Positions 46,756 to 55,865 of a DNA stretch of 64,000 nt are shown here, in pieces. Positions within the stretch are counted from its first letter, which is position 1. The number at the start of each line of letters is the position of its first letter. Origin of the DNA: Verrucomicrobiota bacterium (lineage in GTDB: Bacteria > Verrucomicrobiota > Verrucomicrobiia > Palsa-1439). Position numbers and translations under genes: made by a program. The DNA lies in contig JBAXYB010000005.1 in the NCBI GenBank assembly GCA_037127585.1, positions 603-64,602 of the forward strand. The letters run 5' to 3'. The notes below the pieces were generated by a model, which did no database searches, was not told the DNA's origin, and was given only the letters and a program-made list of their open reading frames with translations.

Positions 46756-47739
46756 ATGGACATCCTCGGATTCATCCTCGTCATCGGTTTGAGCCTGGTG
46801 ATCAGCGCGTTTTTCTCGGGTGTGGAGACCGGGCTGATTTCGCTCAACCGGGTTCGCCTCCGACACGAAGTTGAACGCCGCAACCGGCGCGCGATCATCA
46901 TTAGTAGTTTTGTTGAAAACACCGAGCGGCTGCTGGGGACGACATTGGCCGGTGCGAATCTTTGCAATGTGACCGTGGCCGTCGCCAGTTCGGCACTTGC
47001 GATGCGGCTGTTTGGCGATAGCTTTGCCGTCGATTTAACAACCACGCTCGTCAGCGCGGCGGTGGTGCTCGTCATTGGGGAAATCGTCCCCAAACTACTT
47101 TTCCGGCACTACGCGCACCGGCTGTGCCTGACGTTTGCGGATGTGCTGAATGCCGTCGCGTGGCTGCTGGCGCCGTTGGTCTGGTTTCTCGGCGTGCTGA
47201 TGCGGTTGCTCTCCCGACTGAGTGGGCGGGGCGAGGATAAACCGCAGAGCTTTTTCGTCTCGCGCGAAGAACTGAAACATCTCGCCAAGGAAGGCGAAAC
47301 CAGCGGCGCACTCACCACCGAGGAACGCCAGATGATTCACGGCGTTTTCGATTTCCCGTACAAAACCGTGCAGGAAGTAATGCTTCCACTGACCCGCGCC
47401 GTTACCGTCGCACCCGATACCGGCGTGCAGGAGCTGTTCGACATCTCCCAGCGGACCGGCTACGCCCGTCTGCCGGTCCGCGATGGCGACAAAATCATTG
47501 GTGTCGCCAACGTCTACGAGATTCTTTTCCAAGGGACCGCGCCCGCCGGTCAGACGGTGCGCGAACTCATGCAAAAACCGCAGTTCATTCTTGCGACCGA
47601 TCGCATCAACCGCGTCCTCCCGGTCCTGCGCGCGAGCCGGAATCCCATCAGTATTGTGCTCAGTCCCGAAGGCCGGCCGCTCGGGATTATCACGATTGAA
47701 GACATCGTCGAGGAAATTGTCGGCGACGTGGAAGGCTAG
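46756..47739 (+). CDS. second CNNM-type protein (DUF21 plus CBS pair, no CorC_HlyC tail)
   Basis: FFSGVETGLISL, VIGEIVPK, and a CBS pair ending IITIEDIVEEIVGDVEG. ATG 46756 is taken instead of the ORF-track start at 46579. Confidence 0.8.
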   Translation: MDILGFILVIGLSLVISAFFSGVETGLISLNRVRLRHEVERRNRRAIIISSFVENTERLLGTTLAGANLCNVTVAVASSALAMRLFGDSFAVDLTTTLVSAAVVLVIGEIVPKLLFRHYAHRLCLTFADVLNAVAWLLAPLVWFLGVLMRLLSRLSGRGEDKPQSFFVSREELKHLAKEGETSGALTTEERQMIHGVFDFPYKTVQEVMLPLTRAVTVAPDTGVQELFDISQRTGYARLPVRDGDKIIGVANVYEILFQGTAPAGQTVRELMQKPQFILATDRINRVLPVLRASRNPISIVLSPEGRPLGIITIEDIVEEIVGDVEG

Positions 47740-47752
47740 CTCCGGTAACGAC

Positions 47753-48457
47753 TCACTTGGCGGGCGCTGGCGGCACTAGCGGCGCTGCGGGCTTGGGATC
47801 GTCCTTGGCGCGCAACTGCTCGTTCTCCGTTTGGAGTTCGGCCAGTTTTCTGGCGATCTTGACCAATTGAGATTCGGCGAGCCCGCGGAGTTGTTCGTTT
47901 TGCGCCACACTCTTCTCCAGTTCGATCTTGTCGACACGGAGCCGAGCGATGGAGGCATCGAAGTTCTTGAGTTCCTGCCGGGACTTTTCCAGGTCGGATT
48001 CGGCTTGCGTGAGCTTTTGTTCGATGACCGCCTTGTCCTGACTAAGTTGGGCGGTAGCCGAATCCAATTCCTTGATCCGCTGATTGGCTTTGTCGAGTTC
48101 GGCTTGGAGTTGAGTCTGGAGTTGTTCCGTTGCCGCGAGGCGTTGGTTGAGAGCGCTGGAAGTCTTGCGTTGTTGATCGCTTTCTTGCTGGAGCGCGGCT
48201 GATTTTGTTTTCGACAAATAAAATAAAGCGCCGACTGCAATCAGCAACACGACCGCCACGCCGGCCACTGCCCACGCGGGCCCTGTTGACGCCTGAGGGG
48301 CTGGCGGTGCCGCTGGTGGCGGTTCCCGTTTCGGCACGGACTCGAGCGGGACGATCAACTCTGCGCTGCATGACGGACAAACCGCGCCCATCCCTTTGCC
48401 TTCTTCCGGTACGAGAATATGCAAGCCGCACTGACCGCAATAAAAAGAAATGTCCAT
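47753..48457 (-). CDS. zinc-ribbon, single-TM, coiled-coil protein (234 aa)
   Basis: CGQCG...CPSC ribbon at the N-terminus, a Pro-rich linker, one TM (WAVAGVAVVLLIAVGALFYL), then about 130 aa of heptad-like Gln/Glu/Leu/Lys repeats. Confidence 0.6.
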   Translation of the reverse strand: MDISFYCGQCGLHILVPEEGKGMGAVCPSCSAELIVPLESVPKREPPPAAPPAPQASTGPAWAVAGVAVVLLIAVGALFYLSKTKSAALQQESDQQRKTSSALNQRLAATEQLQTQLQAELDKANQRIKELDSATAQLSQDKAVIEQKLTQAESDLEKSRQELKNFDASIARLRVDKIELEKSVAQNEQLRGLAESQLVKIARKLAELQTENEQLRAKDDPKPAAPLVPPAPAK

Positions 48458-48549
48458 AGGGTTACCGTGGTGAAGATAGCCCGGTCACCCGCCCAAGCTC
48501 AATCCATTTCCGTTTGCATCTGCCGGTGGCTCGCGGTAATCACACTTTC

Positions 48550-49576
48550 ATGACGACTGCCAAAGATGGAATGAATTACGCCCCGCAAGGCAAACCGGTA
48601 CCCGTAGTTAAACCTGGCGAGTTCCGTTTCGCCGCGGCATTTCTCGACCACGGTCATATCCACGGTCAATGCAACGGACTGATTGAAGCCGGCGGCGAAG
48701 TATCCCGGCGCGAAGATCGTCGACACCTTCGAGCGGATTCTCGACGACAAGACGATCCACCTCGTTGCGGTCGCCGCGGTGCCGTGTGACCGCGGTCCGA
48801 TTGGTTGCCGGGTCCTGCGCGCCGGTAAAGATTATTTCACTGACAAAACGCCGTTCACAACTTTGGCCCAACTCGCCGACGCGCGCCAAACCGTCGCGGC
48901 CACCGGCCGCAAGTATGCGGTCTACTTCAGTGAACGTCTGCACGTCGAGTGCGCGGTGTTTGCCGGCGACCTGATCCGGCAAAGCGCGATTGGGCAGGTC
49001 ATCGAAATCATCGGCTTCGGGCCGCACCGGCTTTCGGCGGCTAGCCGGCCGGCCTGGTTCTTCGAGAAAGCGAAATACGGCGGCATCCTCTGCGACATCG
49101 GCAGCCATCAATTCGAGCAGTTACTCGCGTATTTCGGTGCGACCGACGCGAAGGTGCTTTCGGCAACGGTGGCCAACCGGAACAATCCCCAGTATCTGGA
49201 GCTCGAAGACTTCGGCGAAGTCCACCTGCTCGGCAATAACGGGGCGACCAATTTTATCCGGGTTGACTGGCTCACTCCGGCTGCGTCCCGCTCGTGGGGC
49301 GACGGGCGGACGTTTATCCTCGGCACGAAAGGCTACATTGAGATGCGCAAGTACGTCGAGGTTGGCCGGGGCGAAGGCGGCGACCAGCTCTATCTGGTTA
49401 ACGATCAAATCGAGCAGCGCTATTCATTGGCGGGGCAGGTAGGGTTCCCGTACTTCGGCCAACTCATCCGCGACTGTCTGAACCGCACCGAAACTGCGAT
49501 GACCCAAGCGCACGCGTTCAAAGCTGCCGAGTTGTGTTTGCTCGCTCAGCAGCAGGCGCGGCGAATTGCCGGGTAA
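48550..49576 (+). pseudogene. Gfo/Idh/MocA family oxidoreductase, apparently frameshifted near 48680-48700
   Basis: The N-terminal Rossmann part (NYAPQGKPVPVVKPGEFRFAAAFLDHGHIHGQCNGLIEAGGE) is in one frame (ORF 48514..48789). The rest (KYPGAKIVDTFERILDDKTIHLVAVAAVP...) is in the +1 frame (ORF 48683..49576). About 20 residues expected between the two parts seem to be missing. Confidence 0.55.
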
Positions 49577-49621
49577 TTGGGCGCATTTTGATACTGCCGC
49601 CATCCTCACTCGGACTACCAG

Positions 49622-49677
49622 GTGTAGCCACGGCTCTATGAGCCGTGTCCCAGGCCGGCTCCACGCGCGGCTACACC
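49622..49677. repeat. REP-like GTAGCC-headed palindromic pair
   Basis: GTGTAGCCACGGCTCTATGAGCCGTG (49622-49647), plus the inverted head CGCGCGGCTACACC (49664-49677). Confidence 0.6.
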
Positions 49678-49795
49678 GGCGGCAGTGCCCAGATGTGCCC
49701 CGGGTATTCCCACGCGAAGTTTTCGCTTTGCATGCGCTCGCGCCGTTGTGTAATCTCCAGATGCCTCAAGTCGAGGTCCCCCCGTTTATAAGGAG

Positions 49796-52393
49796 ATGTG
49801 TGGAATGACGACAGCGCTGAATCGAGTAATGCATCGAATCACCAAGGGACAACCCCGCCGCCAGATCTTCGTGGCCGCCGCTTTGTGCGGTTTAACCCTG
49901 ATCGCCGCGCAATTAGCGCGCGCGCAAGACAAGGTCGCGGAATTATCGGGGGCGGTCACCGCCCACCTCGCCAAGGAGTTTCACTTCTTTGCGTTCATGA
50001 CCAGCAGCGACTACTCGCAGATGGAGAAGTACGCGCTGTGGGCCGTGCTCGGCGTGGCTTTTGCCGGGTTGGGCTATGCCCTGATGTTGGTCGGTCAGGT
50101 CAAGAATGCCGACCAGGGCACGCCGAAAATGCAGAAGGTGGCGGCGGCCATTCGGGCCGGTGCCGAGGCGTATCTTGGGCAACAGTTCAAGAAGATCGTG
50201 GTCTTGATCGTGGTGTTGACGGTGGTCCTGTTTCTGACCGCGACAAACGCGCCATTGCCGGTGGCGGCGGGACGCGCCTTTGCGTTTCTCCTCGGATCGC
50301 TCTTTAGTTTTGCGGTCGGATTTGTCGGGATGCGCTTCGCGACGCTGGGCAATTTGCGCGTGGCGGCGGCGGCTCGCACTTCGTTCGGCGGCGCGTTGCA
50401 AGTCGGCTATCGGACCGGCACGATTACCGGGATGTTGACGGACGGGCTTGGTTTGCTGGGCGGAACGTTGATCTTTATGGCGTACGGCGAGAAAGCGTAT
50501 GAAGTGCTCCTCGGCTTCGGTTTTGGTGGAACGTTGATTGCGTTGTTTATGCGCGTCGGCGGCGGCATCTACACCAAGGCAGCGGACGTCGGTGCGGATC
50601 TCGTCGGTAAGGTTGAGAAAGACATCCCGGAAGATGACCCGCGCAATGCCGCGACCATTGCGGATAACGTCGGCGACAACGTCGGCGACTGCGCCGGTAT
50701 GGCGGCGGATATTTTTGAATCGTATGAAGTCACCATCGTCGCCGCGATGATTCTCGGCTACGCATCGTTCGGTCACAAGGGCGTGATCTTCCCATTGCTG
50801 GTGCGCGCCATCGGCGTCATCGGCTCGATCATAAGCACCTACAGCGTCCGCTCGAAGGAAGGCGATTCCGGTGATGCCGCACTCGATTCAGTGCATCGCG
50901 GCTTCCTCATCGGTTCGGTGATCAGTGTGGTGGGATTCTTCGTGGTCGGCTTCATGTATCTGAAGTTCAACGGCCACTATCTGGCGCAATATCCGCAATC
51001 CGCTGCCGGTTTTCCGGGCGGAGTCGGCGCGCTGCCTTATTGGGCGAACTTCGGTCAGCCGTTTCTCGATCTGCGCCCGGCGTGGACCTGCTTGATCGGC
51101 GTGTTTCTCGCCGTGGCGTTGAACAAATGCACCAGCTACTTCACCCACACAACGCATGCGCCGGTCAAGTCCATGGCCAAAGCTTGTCAGACCGGACACG
51201 CGACCAACATCATTCAAGGGTTTGCGGTTGGTTATGAATCCACAGTATGGGCGGTCATCATTATCGCCGTGGCCATCGGCGCATCGGTCGGGATTTACTC
51301 CGGTACGTCACCGATCTTTGTGGCGTACGGCGTCGCCATGTGCGGCATCGGCATGTTGACACTGACCGGCAACACGATCTCGATGGACGTCTTCGGCCCC
51401 GTGGCCGACAACGCGAATGGCATCGGTGAAATGGGTTACGACAAGGCTGAGATGGGCGAAGAGAAATACAAGAAAGCCCGGCAGATCTTGGCCGACCTCG
51501 ATTCGGTCGGCAACACGACCAAGGCGGAAACCAAAGGAATCGCCATCGGCTCGGCTGTGATCGCGGCGGTCTCGCTCTTTGCGAGTTTCATTGCCGTCAT
51601 GGCGATGGGCAGCGAAGAGAAGATCAGCGAAATGACCACCAAGCAATATAACAACGTCGCCGGCATGTTGACGGTGGCAGATCCGATGGTGTTCATCGGG
51701 TTGCTGATCGGCGGCGCGGTACCGTTCTTATTCAGTTCGATGACGATTCGCGCGGTGGGCCGCGCGGCATTCCTGATTGTGAAAGAATGCCGGCTCCAGT
51801 TCCGCGATAAAGCGATCTGGGCCGGCACCAAGACCCCGGACTACGCTCGGGTGGTTAGCATTTGCACCACGGCCGCCCAGCGGGAGTTAATCGGCCCCGG
51901 CATCTTGGCAATTATGGCCCCACTCGCGGTTGGTTTTCTACTGGGACCGCTGGCGCTGGCCGGCTTCCTCGCCGGCATGATCCTCGTGGGTCAATTGCTC
52001 GCGGTGTTCATGGCCAATGCCGGTGGTGCGTGGGATAACGCGAAGAAACTCATTGAAGACGAACCGCGCGACATCGAGAAGAATACCGGCAAAGGCTCCG
52101 AACGGCACAAGGCGGCCGTCACCGGTGACACCGTCGGCGATCCGCTCAAGGACACCGCTGGCCCGGCCATCAATCCGCTGATCAAAGTGATGAACATGGT
52201 GAGCCTGTTGTTGCTGCCCATCGTGCTCAAGTTCCATGCCGTCGAAGGCGTGGCCGATAGTGGGAAGTCAGCGTTTGGCATTGCCGTTGCGGTCTCTGTA
52301 GTGGCGCTGGCGGCCATTGTCTGGGCCGTCAACAAGTCGAAGACGGACTCCCCGGAGATGGCGGAGATGGAGAAGGAATTCGACCGGGCGTAA
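49796..52393 (+). CDS. hppA: membrane-bound proton-translocating pyrophosphatase, K+-independent type (865 aa)
   Basis: GGGIYTKAADVGADLVGKVE, DNVGDNVGDCAGMAADIFES and GDTVGDPLKDT motifs. The GNTTKA motif (51509-51526) carries Lys at the Ala/Lys switch position. Confidence 0.92.
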   Translation: MCGMTTALNRVMHRITKGQPRRQIFVAAALCGLTLIAAQLARAQDKVAELSGAVTAHLAKEFHFFAFMTSSDYSQMEKYALWAVLGVAFAGLGYALMLVGQVKNADQGTPKMQKVAAAIRAGAEAYLGQQFKKIVVLIVVLTVVLFLTATNAPLPVAAGRAFAFLLGSLFSFAVGFVGMRFATLGNLRVAAAARTSFGGALQVGYRTGTITGMLTDGLGLLGGTLIFMAYGEKAYEVLLGFGFGGTLIALFMRVGGGIYTKAADVGADLVGKVEKDIPEDDPRNAATIADNVGDNVGDCAGMAADIFESYEVTIVAAMILGYASFGHKGVIFPLLVRAIGVIGSIISTYSVRSKEGDSGDAALDSVHRGFLIGSVISVVGFFVVGFMYLKFNGHYLAQYPQSAAGFPGGVGALPYWANFGQPFLDLRPAWTCLIGVFLAVALNKCTSYFTHTTHAPVKSMAKACQTGHATNIIQGFAVGYESTVWAVIIIAVAIGASVGIYSGTSPIFVAYGVAMCGIGMLTLTGNTISMDVFGPVADNANGIGEMGYDKAEMGEEKYKKARQILADLDSVGNTTKAETKGIAIGSAVIAAVSLFASFIAVMAMGSEEKISEMTTKQYNNVAGMLTVADPMVFIGLLIGGAVPFLFSSMTIRAVGRAAFLIVKECRLQFRDKAIWAGTKTPDYARVVSICTTAAQRELIGPGILAIMAPLAVGFLLGPLALAGFLAGMILVGQLLAVFMANAGGAWDNAKKLIEDEPRDIEKNTGKGSERHKAAVTGDTVGDPLKDTAGPAINPLIKVMNMVSLLLLPIVLKFHAVEGVADSGKSAFGIAVAVSVVALAAIVWAVNKSKTDSPEMAEMEKEFDRA

Positions 52394-52415
52394 GCGAATC
52401 CGTCAGATACAATCG

Positions 52416-52450
52416 AGTCGGGGCGAGCTTCTCTTGCCCCGACTTCTTTG
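52416..52450 (+). terminator. rho-independent terminator after hppA
   Basis: AGTCGGGGC / GCCCCGACT stem with an 11-nt loop, followed by TCTTTG. Confidence 0.65.
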
Positions 52451-52643
52451 TGAGAACTGCCGCCGAAAAGTAGGAGCGACCTCAGCGTCGCGACCGGGCA
52501 GAACCGCGAACTTATCTCCGGCAACTGAGAAATATTGAACCACGGAATGGCACGGATCTGTGCCTCTGTGTGAGAAATTCTTTACCGGAGGGCAAATTCG
52601 CCGTGCATATTTTTCGCGGGGCGTGTATCGAAGATAAGACTCG

Positions 52644-54353
52644 ATGAACTTCTTTAACCCCATTGGAAAATTGTCGCGCGCGGCGGCGCTCGTTGATGTG
52701 GCGGTGTTGGGCGGGATCGGGGCGCTGATCTATCTGCTCATCCAAGGCGGGGAACAGTGGACGGCGGAGTACCGGCAGGCGGTGGAGATTAATCTGAGTC
52801 CGTGGGCGCTGCCACGGTATACGATGTTTTCGGTGTTTCGGAATTTTGTGGCGTATGGGTTGTCGCTGGCGTTCACGCTGGTGTTCGGCCGGCTCGCGGC
52901 GGTGAATCGGCGGACGGAGAGTGTGTTGGTGCCGGTGTTGGATATTTTGCAGAGTGTGCCGGTGTTGGGGTTTCTGCCGGGCTTGGTGCTGGGGTTGGTG
53001 GCGATCTTTCCGAAGAGTAATTTGGGGTTGGAGCTGGCGTGCATCGTGATGATGTTTACGAGTCAGGCGTGGAATATGACGTTTAGTTTTTATCAGTCGG
53101 TGAAATCGATTCCGGCGGAGATGAATGATGCTGCGAAGGCGGCCCGGCTGACGTGGTGGCAGCGGTACTTGCAATTGGAGTTGCCGGCAGGGGCGGGGGG
53201 GTTGGTGTGGAATTCGATGATGAGTATGGCCGGGGGGTGGTTCTTTTTGATGGTGTGCGAGGCGTTCACGCTGGGGAGTAATGATTTTCGGTTGCCGGGG
53301 ATCGGGTCGTATATGAGCGTGGCTATCGAGAAGAATAATGTGCCGGCCATGTGTTACGGGATTTTGGCGATGTCGACGGTGATTGTGGTGTTGGATCAGT
53401 TGGTGTGGCGGCCGTTGGTGGTGTGGTCGGCGAAGTTCCGGTTTGACGAGGAGTCCGGGGAACAGCCGACGTCGCGGGTGTTGGAGTGGTATCAGTCGTC
53501 GCGGGTGTTGGCGTGGGTGAATTCGAAGGTGTGGCGCCGGTTGATTCAGCGGGTGCAGCCGAAAGTGGCGGTTGCCGGGCCGAGTTCGGCGGCGGGGGCA
53601 GGGTGGGTGGGGCGGGTTGCCGGCTGGATCGCGGTGGTGGGGGGGGCGGTCGGGTTGGTGTGGGGCGCGACGAGTTTGTGGGGATTGTTGGCGCAGTTGC
53701 AATGGGCGGACTGGCAGCATGTCGCGTGGATCACGTTGATGTCGTTTCTGCGGGTGATGGCGGCAGTGGCGGTGGGCGCAGCGTGGGCGATTCCGTTCGG
53801 GGTGTTGATCGGGACGAGTCCGCGGTTGGCGAAGGTGTTGCAGCCGGTGATTCAAGTGGTGGCATCGTTCCCGGCGCCGATGGTGTTTCCGTTGTTGCTA
53901 TTATTATTTACGGCGTGCGGGATTCCGATGACGATCAGCGCGGCGTTGTTGATGTTGGCGGGGACGCAGTGGTACATCTTGTTCAATGTGATTTCAGGCG
54001 CGATGGTCATCCCGCAGGATTTGAAGGAAGCCGGCACGATGTTTCGGTTGCGCGGCCGGGAACGGTGGCGGCTGTTGATCGTGCCCGGCATCTTCTCGCA
54101 GTTGGTGGTCGGCCTAGCGACCGCAGCCGGTGGGGCGTGGAATGCGAGCATTTGCACGGAGTATGTCCGAGTCAAGGGCACCGTCATGAGCGCGGACGGA
54201 CTCGGCTCGGCGATCAGTATTTGCACGGATCAAGGCAACTTCCCGCTGTTGGCCGCGACGGTCACGGCGATGGTGGTCGTGGTGGTCGGGATGAACCGGC
54301 TGGTGTGGTTGCCCTTGTACCGGCTGAGCGAACGTAAGTATTCATTGGGCTGA
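52644..54353 (+). CDS. ABC transporter permease with duplicated BPD-type permease domains (NitT/TauT family-like)
   Basis: 569 aa. Two repeats of the binding-protein-dependent permease fold, each with an EAA-like loop (NDAAKAARLTWWQRYLQLELP ; QDLKEAGTMFRLRGRERWRLLIVP). Confidence 0.85.
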   Translation: MNFFNPIGKLSRAAALVDVAVLGGIGALIYLLIQGGEQWTAEYRQAVEINLSPWALPRYTMFSVFRNFVAYGLSLAFTLVFGRLAAVNRRTESVLVPVLDILQSVPVLGFLPGLVLGLVAIFPKSNLGLELACIVMMFTSQAWNMTFSFYQSVKSIPAEMNDAAKAARLTWWQRYLQLELPAGAGGLVWNSMMSMAGGWFFLMVCEAFTLGSNDFRLPGIGSYMSVAIEKNNVPAMCYGILAMSTVIVVLDQLVWRPLVVWSAKFRFDEESGEQPTSRVLEWYQSSRVLAWVNSKVWRRLIQRVQPKVAVAGPSSAAGAGWVGRVAGWIAVVGGAVGLVWGATSLWGLLAQLQWADWQHVAWITLMSFLRVMAAVAVGAAWAIPFGVLIGTSPRLAKVLQPVIQVVASFPAPMVFPLLLLLFTACGIPMTISAALLMLAGTQWYILFNVISGAMVIPQDLKEAGTMFRLRGRERWRLLIVPGIFSQLVVGLATAAGGAWNASICTEYVRVKGTVMSADGLGSAISICTDQGNFPLLAATVTAMVVVVVGMNRLVWLPLYRLSERKYSLG

Positions 54354-54354
54354 C

Positions 54355-55704
54355 ATGGATACCGCCAATCCCATCATCTGCGAATTTCGGAATGTGAGCT
54401 TCGGGCAACACTTGCCGGGCGGACGCGAATTGCAAGTGGTCGAGAATATCAATCTCCCGATTTTGCGCGATCATATCACGGCGATCCTCGGGCCGTCGGG
54501 CTGCGGCAAGTCAACGCTCGTGCGGATCCTGGCCGGGCTGACAAAGCCGACGAGCGGGGAAGTGTTCGTGCATGGCGAAAAGTTGGTGGACTTGAACCCG
54601 GCCGTCTCATTGGTTTTTCAAAGCTTCGCGCTCTATCCGTGGTTGACGGCGGCGGAGAATATCACGATGGGGTTGAACGGGCGCGGCCGCGACGCCGGTC
54701 AGCAACGCGCCTTGGTCACGCGCGCGATTGATCGCGTCGGTATGGAAGGGTTCGAAGAAGCCTATCCGCGCGAGCTTTCCGCCGGGATGAAAAAGCGGAT
54801 CAGCTTTGCCCGCGCGCTCGTGGCGGAGCCGGAGTTGTTGGTGATGGACGAACCGTTCAGCGGTCTCGATGTTTTGGCTGCCGACAACTTGCGCACGGAA
54901 GTCATCAATCTCTGGCAAGATTCCTCGATTGATCCCAGCAGCGTTTTGATGGTGACGAACAATATCAATGAAGCCGTTTATATGGCGACGCGCATCGTTG
55001 TAATGGGGAGCCACCCCGGCCAGATTCGCACCGTGCTCGAGAATCCGTTGCCCTATCCCCGCGAATCACACGACCCGTTGTTCATCGCGATGGCCGACCG
55101 GATCCACGACATTCTGACGATGGCGCTGATTCCGGATGAGCCGGTCGCGTCGCCGTCGACGGTGCCGGTCGTGGCGGTGGTGCCGCGCGCGCCACGGTTC
55201 GAGGCGTTCCCGAACGTCAGCCCCGGTGAGATCGCCGGTTTGTTGGAACGCTTGGAAGCGGATGGCGGCTCAGCGGACATGTTTGATCTCTCGGTGGCGA
55301 TCGGGAAAGAATTCGGCAAGCTCCTTGCCGTAGTGAAAGCGGCCGAGCTGTTGGATTTCGTCGACACGCCGAAACACATGGTCGCTCTCGCGCCCGGTGG
55401 CCGGCAATATCTGGAAGCGACGCTCAACGAGCGCAAACGGATCCTCAACCAACAACTCCGCAAGTTGCATCTCTTCGAGCGCGTCCTGCTGCTACTCAAC
55501 ACGCAAGAAGGCAAGACCGTGGCGGAAGACTTGGTGCTGGAGGAGTTGGCGGTGTGGTTGCCGAGCCAGCGGCCCACGACGATGTTGCGCACGATCGTCC
55601 GCTGGGGCCGGTATGCCGAGCTGCTCGGTTACAACGCCAACGAGCGGCGGATCTATCTCGATGTCGAGAGTACGTCCGGGCCGGCCAGTGGTAGTGCAAC
55701 CTGA
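54355..55704 (+). CDS. ABC transporter ATP-binding protein (NitT/TauT type) with an extra C-terminal domain of about 190 aa
   Basis: Walker A GPSGCGKST, LSAGMKKRISFARAL, Walker B LLVMDEPFSGLD, then an additional C-terminal domain. Starts 2 nt after the permease stop. Confidence 0.9.
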   Translation: MDTANPIICEFRNVSFGQHLPGGRELQVVENINLPILRDHITAILGPSGCGKSTLVRILAGLTKPTSGEVFVHGEKLVDLNPAVSLVFQSFALYPWLTAAENITMGLNGRGRDAGQQRALVTRAIDRVGMEGFEEAYPRELSAGMKKRISFARALVAEPELLVMDEPFSGLDVLAADNLRTEVINLWQDSSIDPSSVLMVTNNINEAVYMATRIVVMGSHPGQIRTVLENPLPYPRESHDPLFIAMADRIHDILTMALIPDEPVASPSTVPVVAVVPRAPRFEAFPNVSPGEIAGLLERLEADGGSADMFDLSVAIGKEFGKLLAVVKAAELLDFVDTPKHMVALAPGGRQYLEATLNERKRILNQQLRKLHLFERVLLLLNTQEGKTVAEDLVLEELAVWLPSQRPTTMLRTIVRWGRYAELLGYNANERRIYLDVESTSGPASGSAT

Positions 55705-55722
55705 GTTCGTGGTTGGAAACTA

Positions 55723-55785
55723 GTGGCACAGGCGTCCCTGCCTGTGGTTGGCGTCGATTCGCACAGGCAGGGACGCCTGTGCCAC
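55723..55785. repeat. perfect 24 bp inverted repeat (15-nt spacer) just after the ABC ATPase stop
   Basis: GTGGCACAGGCGTCCCTGCCTGTG (55723-55746) is the exact reverse complement of 55762-55785. Confidence 0.85.
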
Positions 55786-55823
55786 CAAACTTCCTAGCGA
55801 TGAGAAGCAATTTCAAAACACGC

Positions 55824-55865
55824 TCTAAAAAGCTGAGAAGCCGAGCTTTGGGGTCTCGGCTTCTC
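55824..55865 (-). terminator. intrinsic-terminator-like hairpin oriented for the minus strand
   Basis: GAGAAGCCGAG (55835-55845) pairs with CTCGGCTTCTC (55855-55865). On the minus strand the hairpin is followed by AGCTTTTTAG (complement of 55824-55833). The plus-strand side has no T-tract. Confidence 0.4.

Noticed and set aside
52512-53855. 447-aa minus-strand ORF extremely rich in His/Arg/Pro/Gln
   Set aside because: It is antisense to the duplicated ABC permease and has low-complexity composition. The 283-aa Gly/Val/Arg-rich plus-strand ORF at 53486..54337 is an alternative frame of the same gene and is rejected for the same reason.
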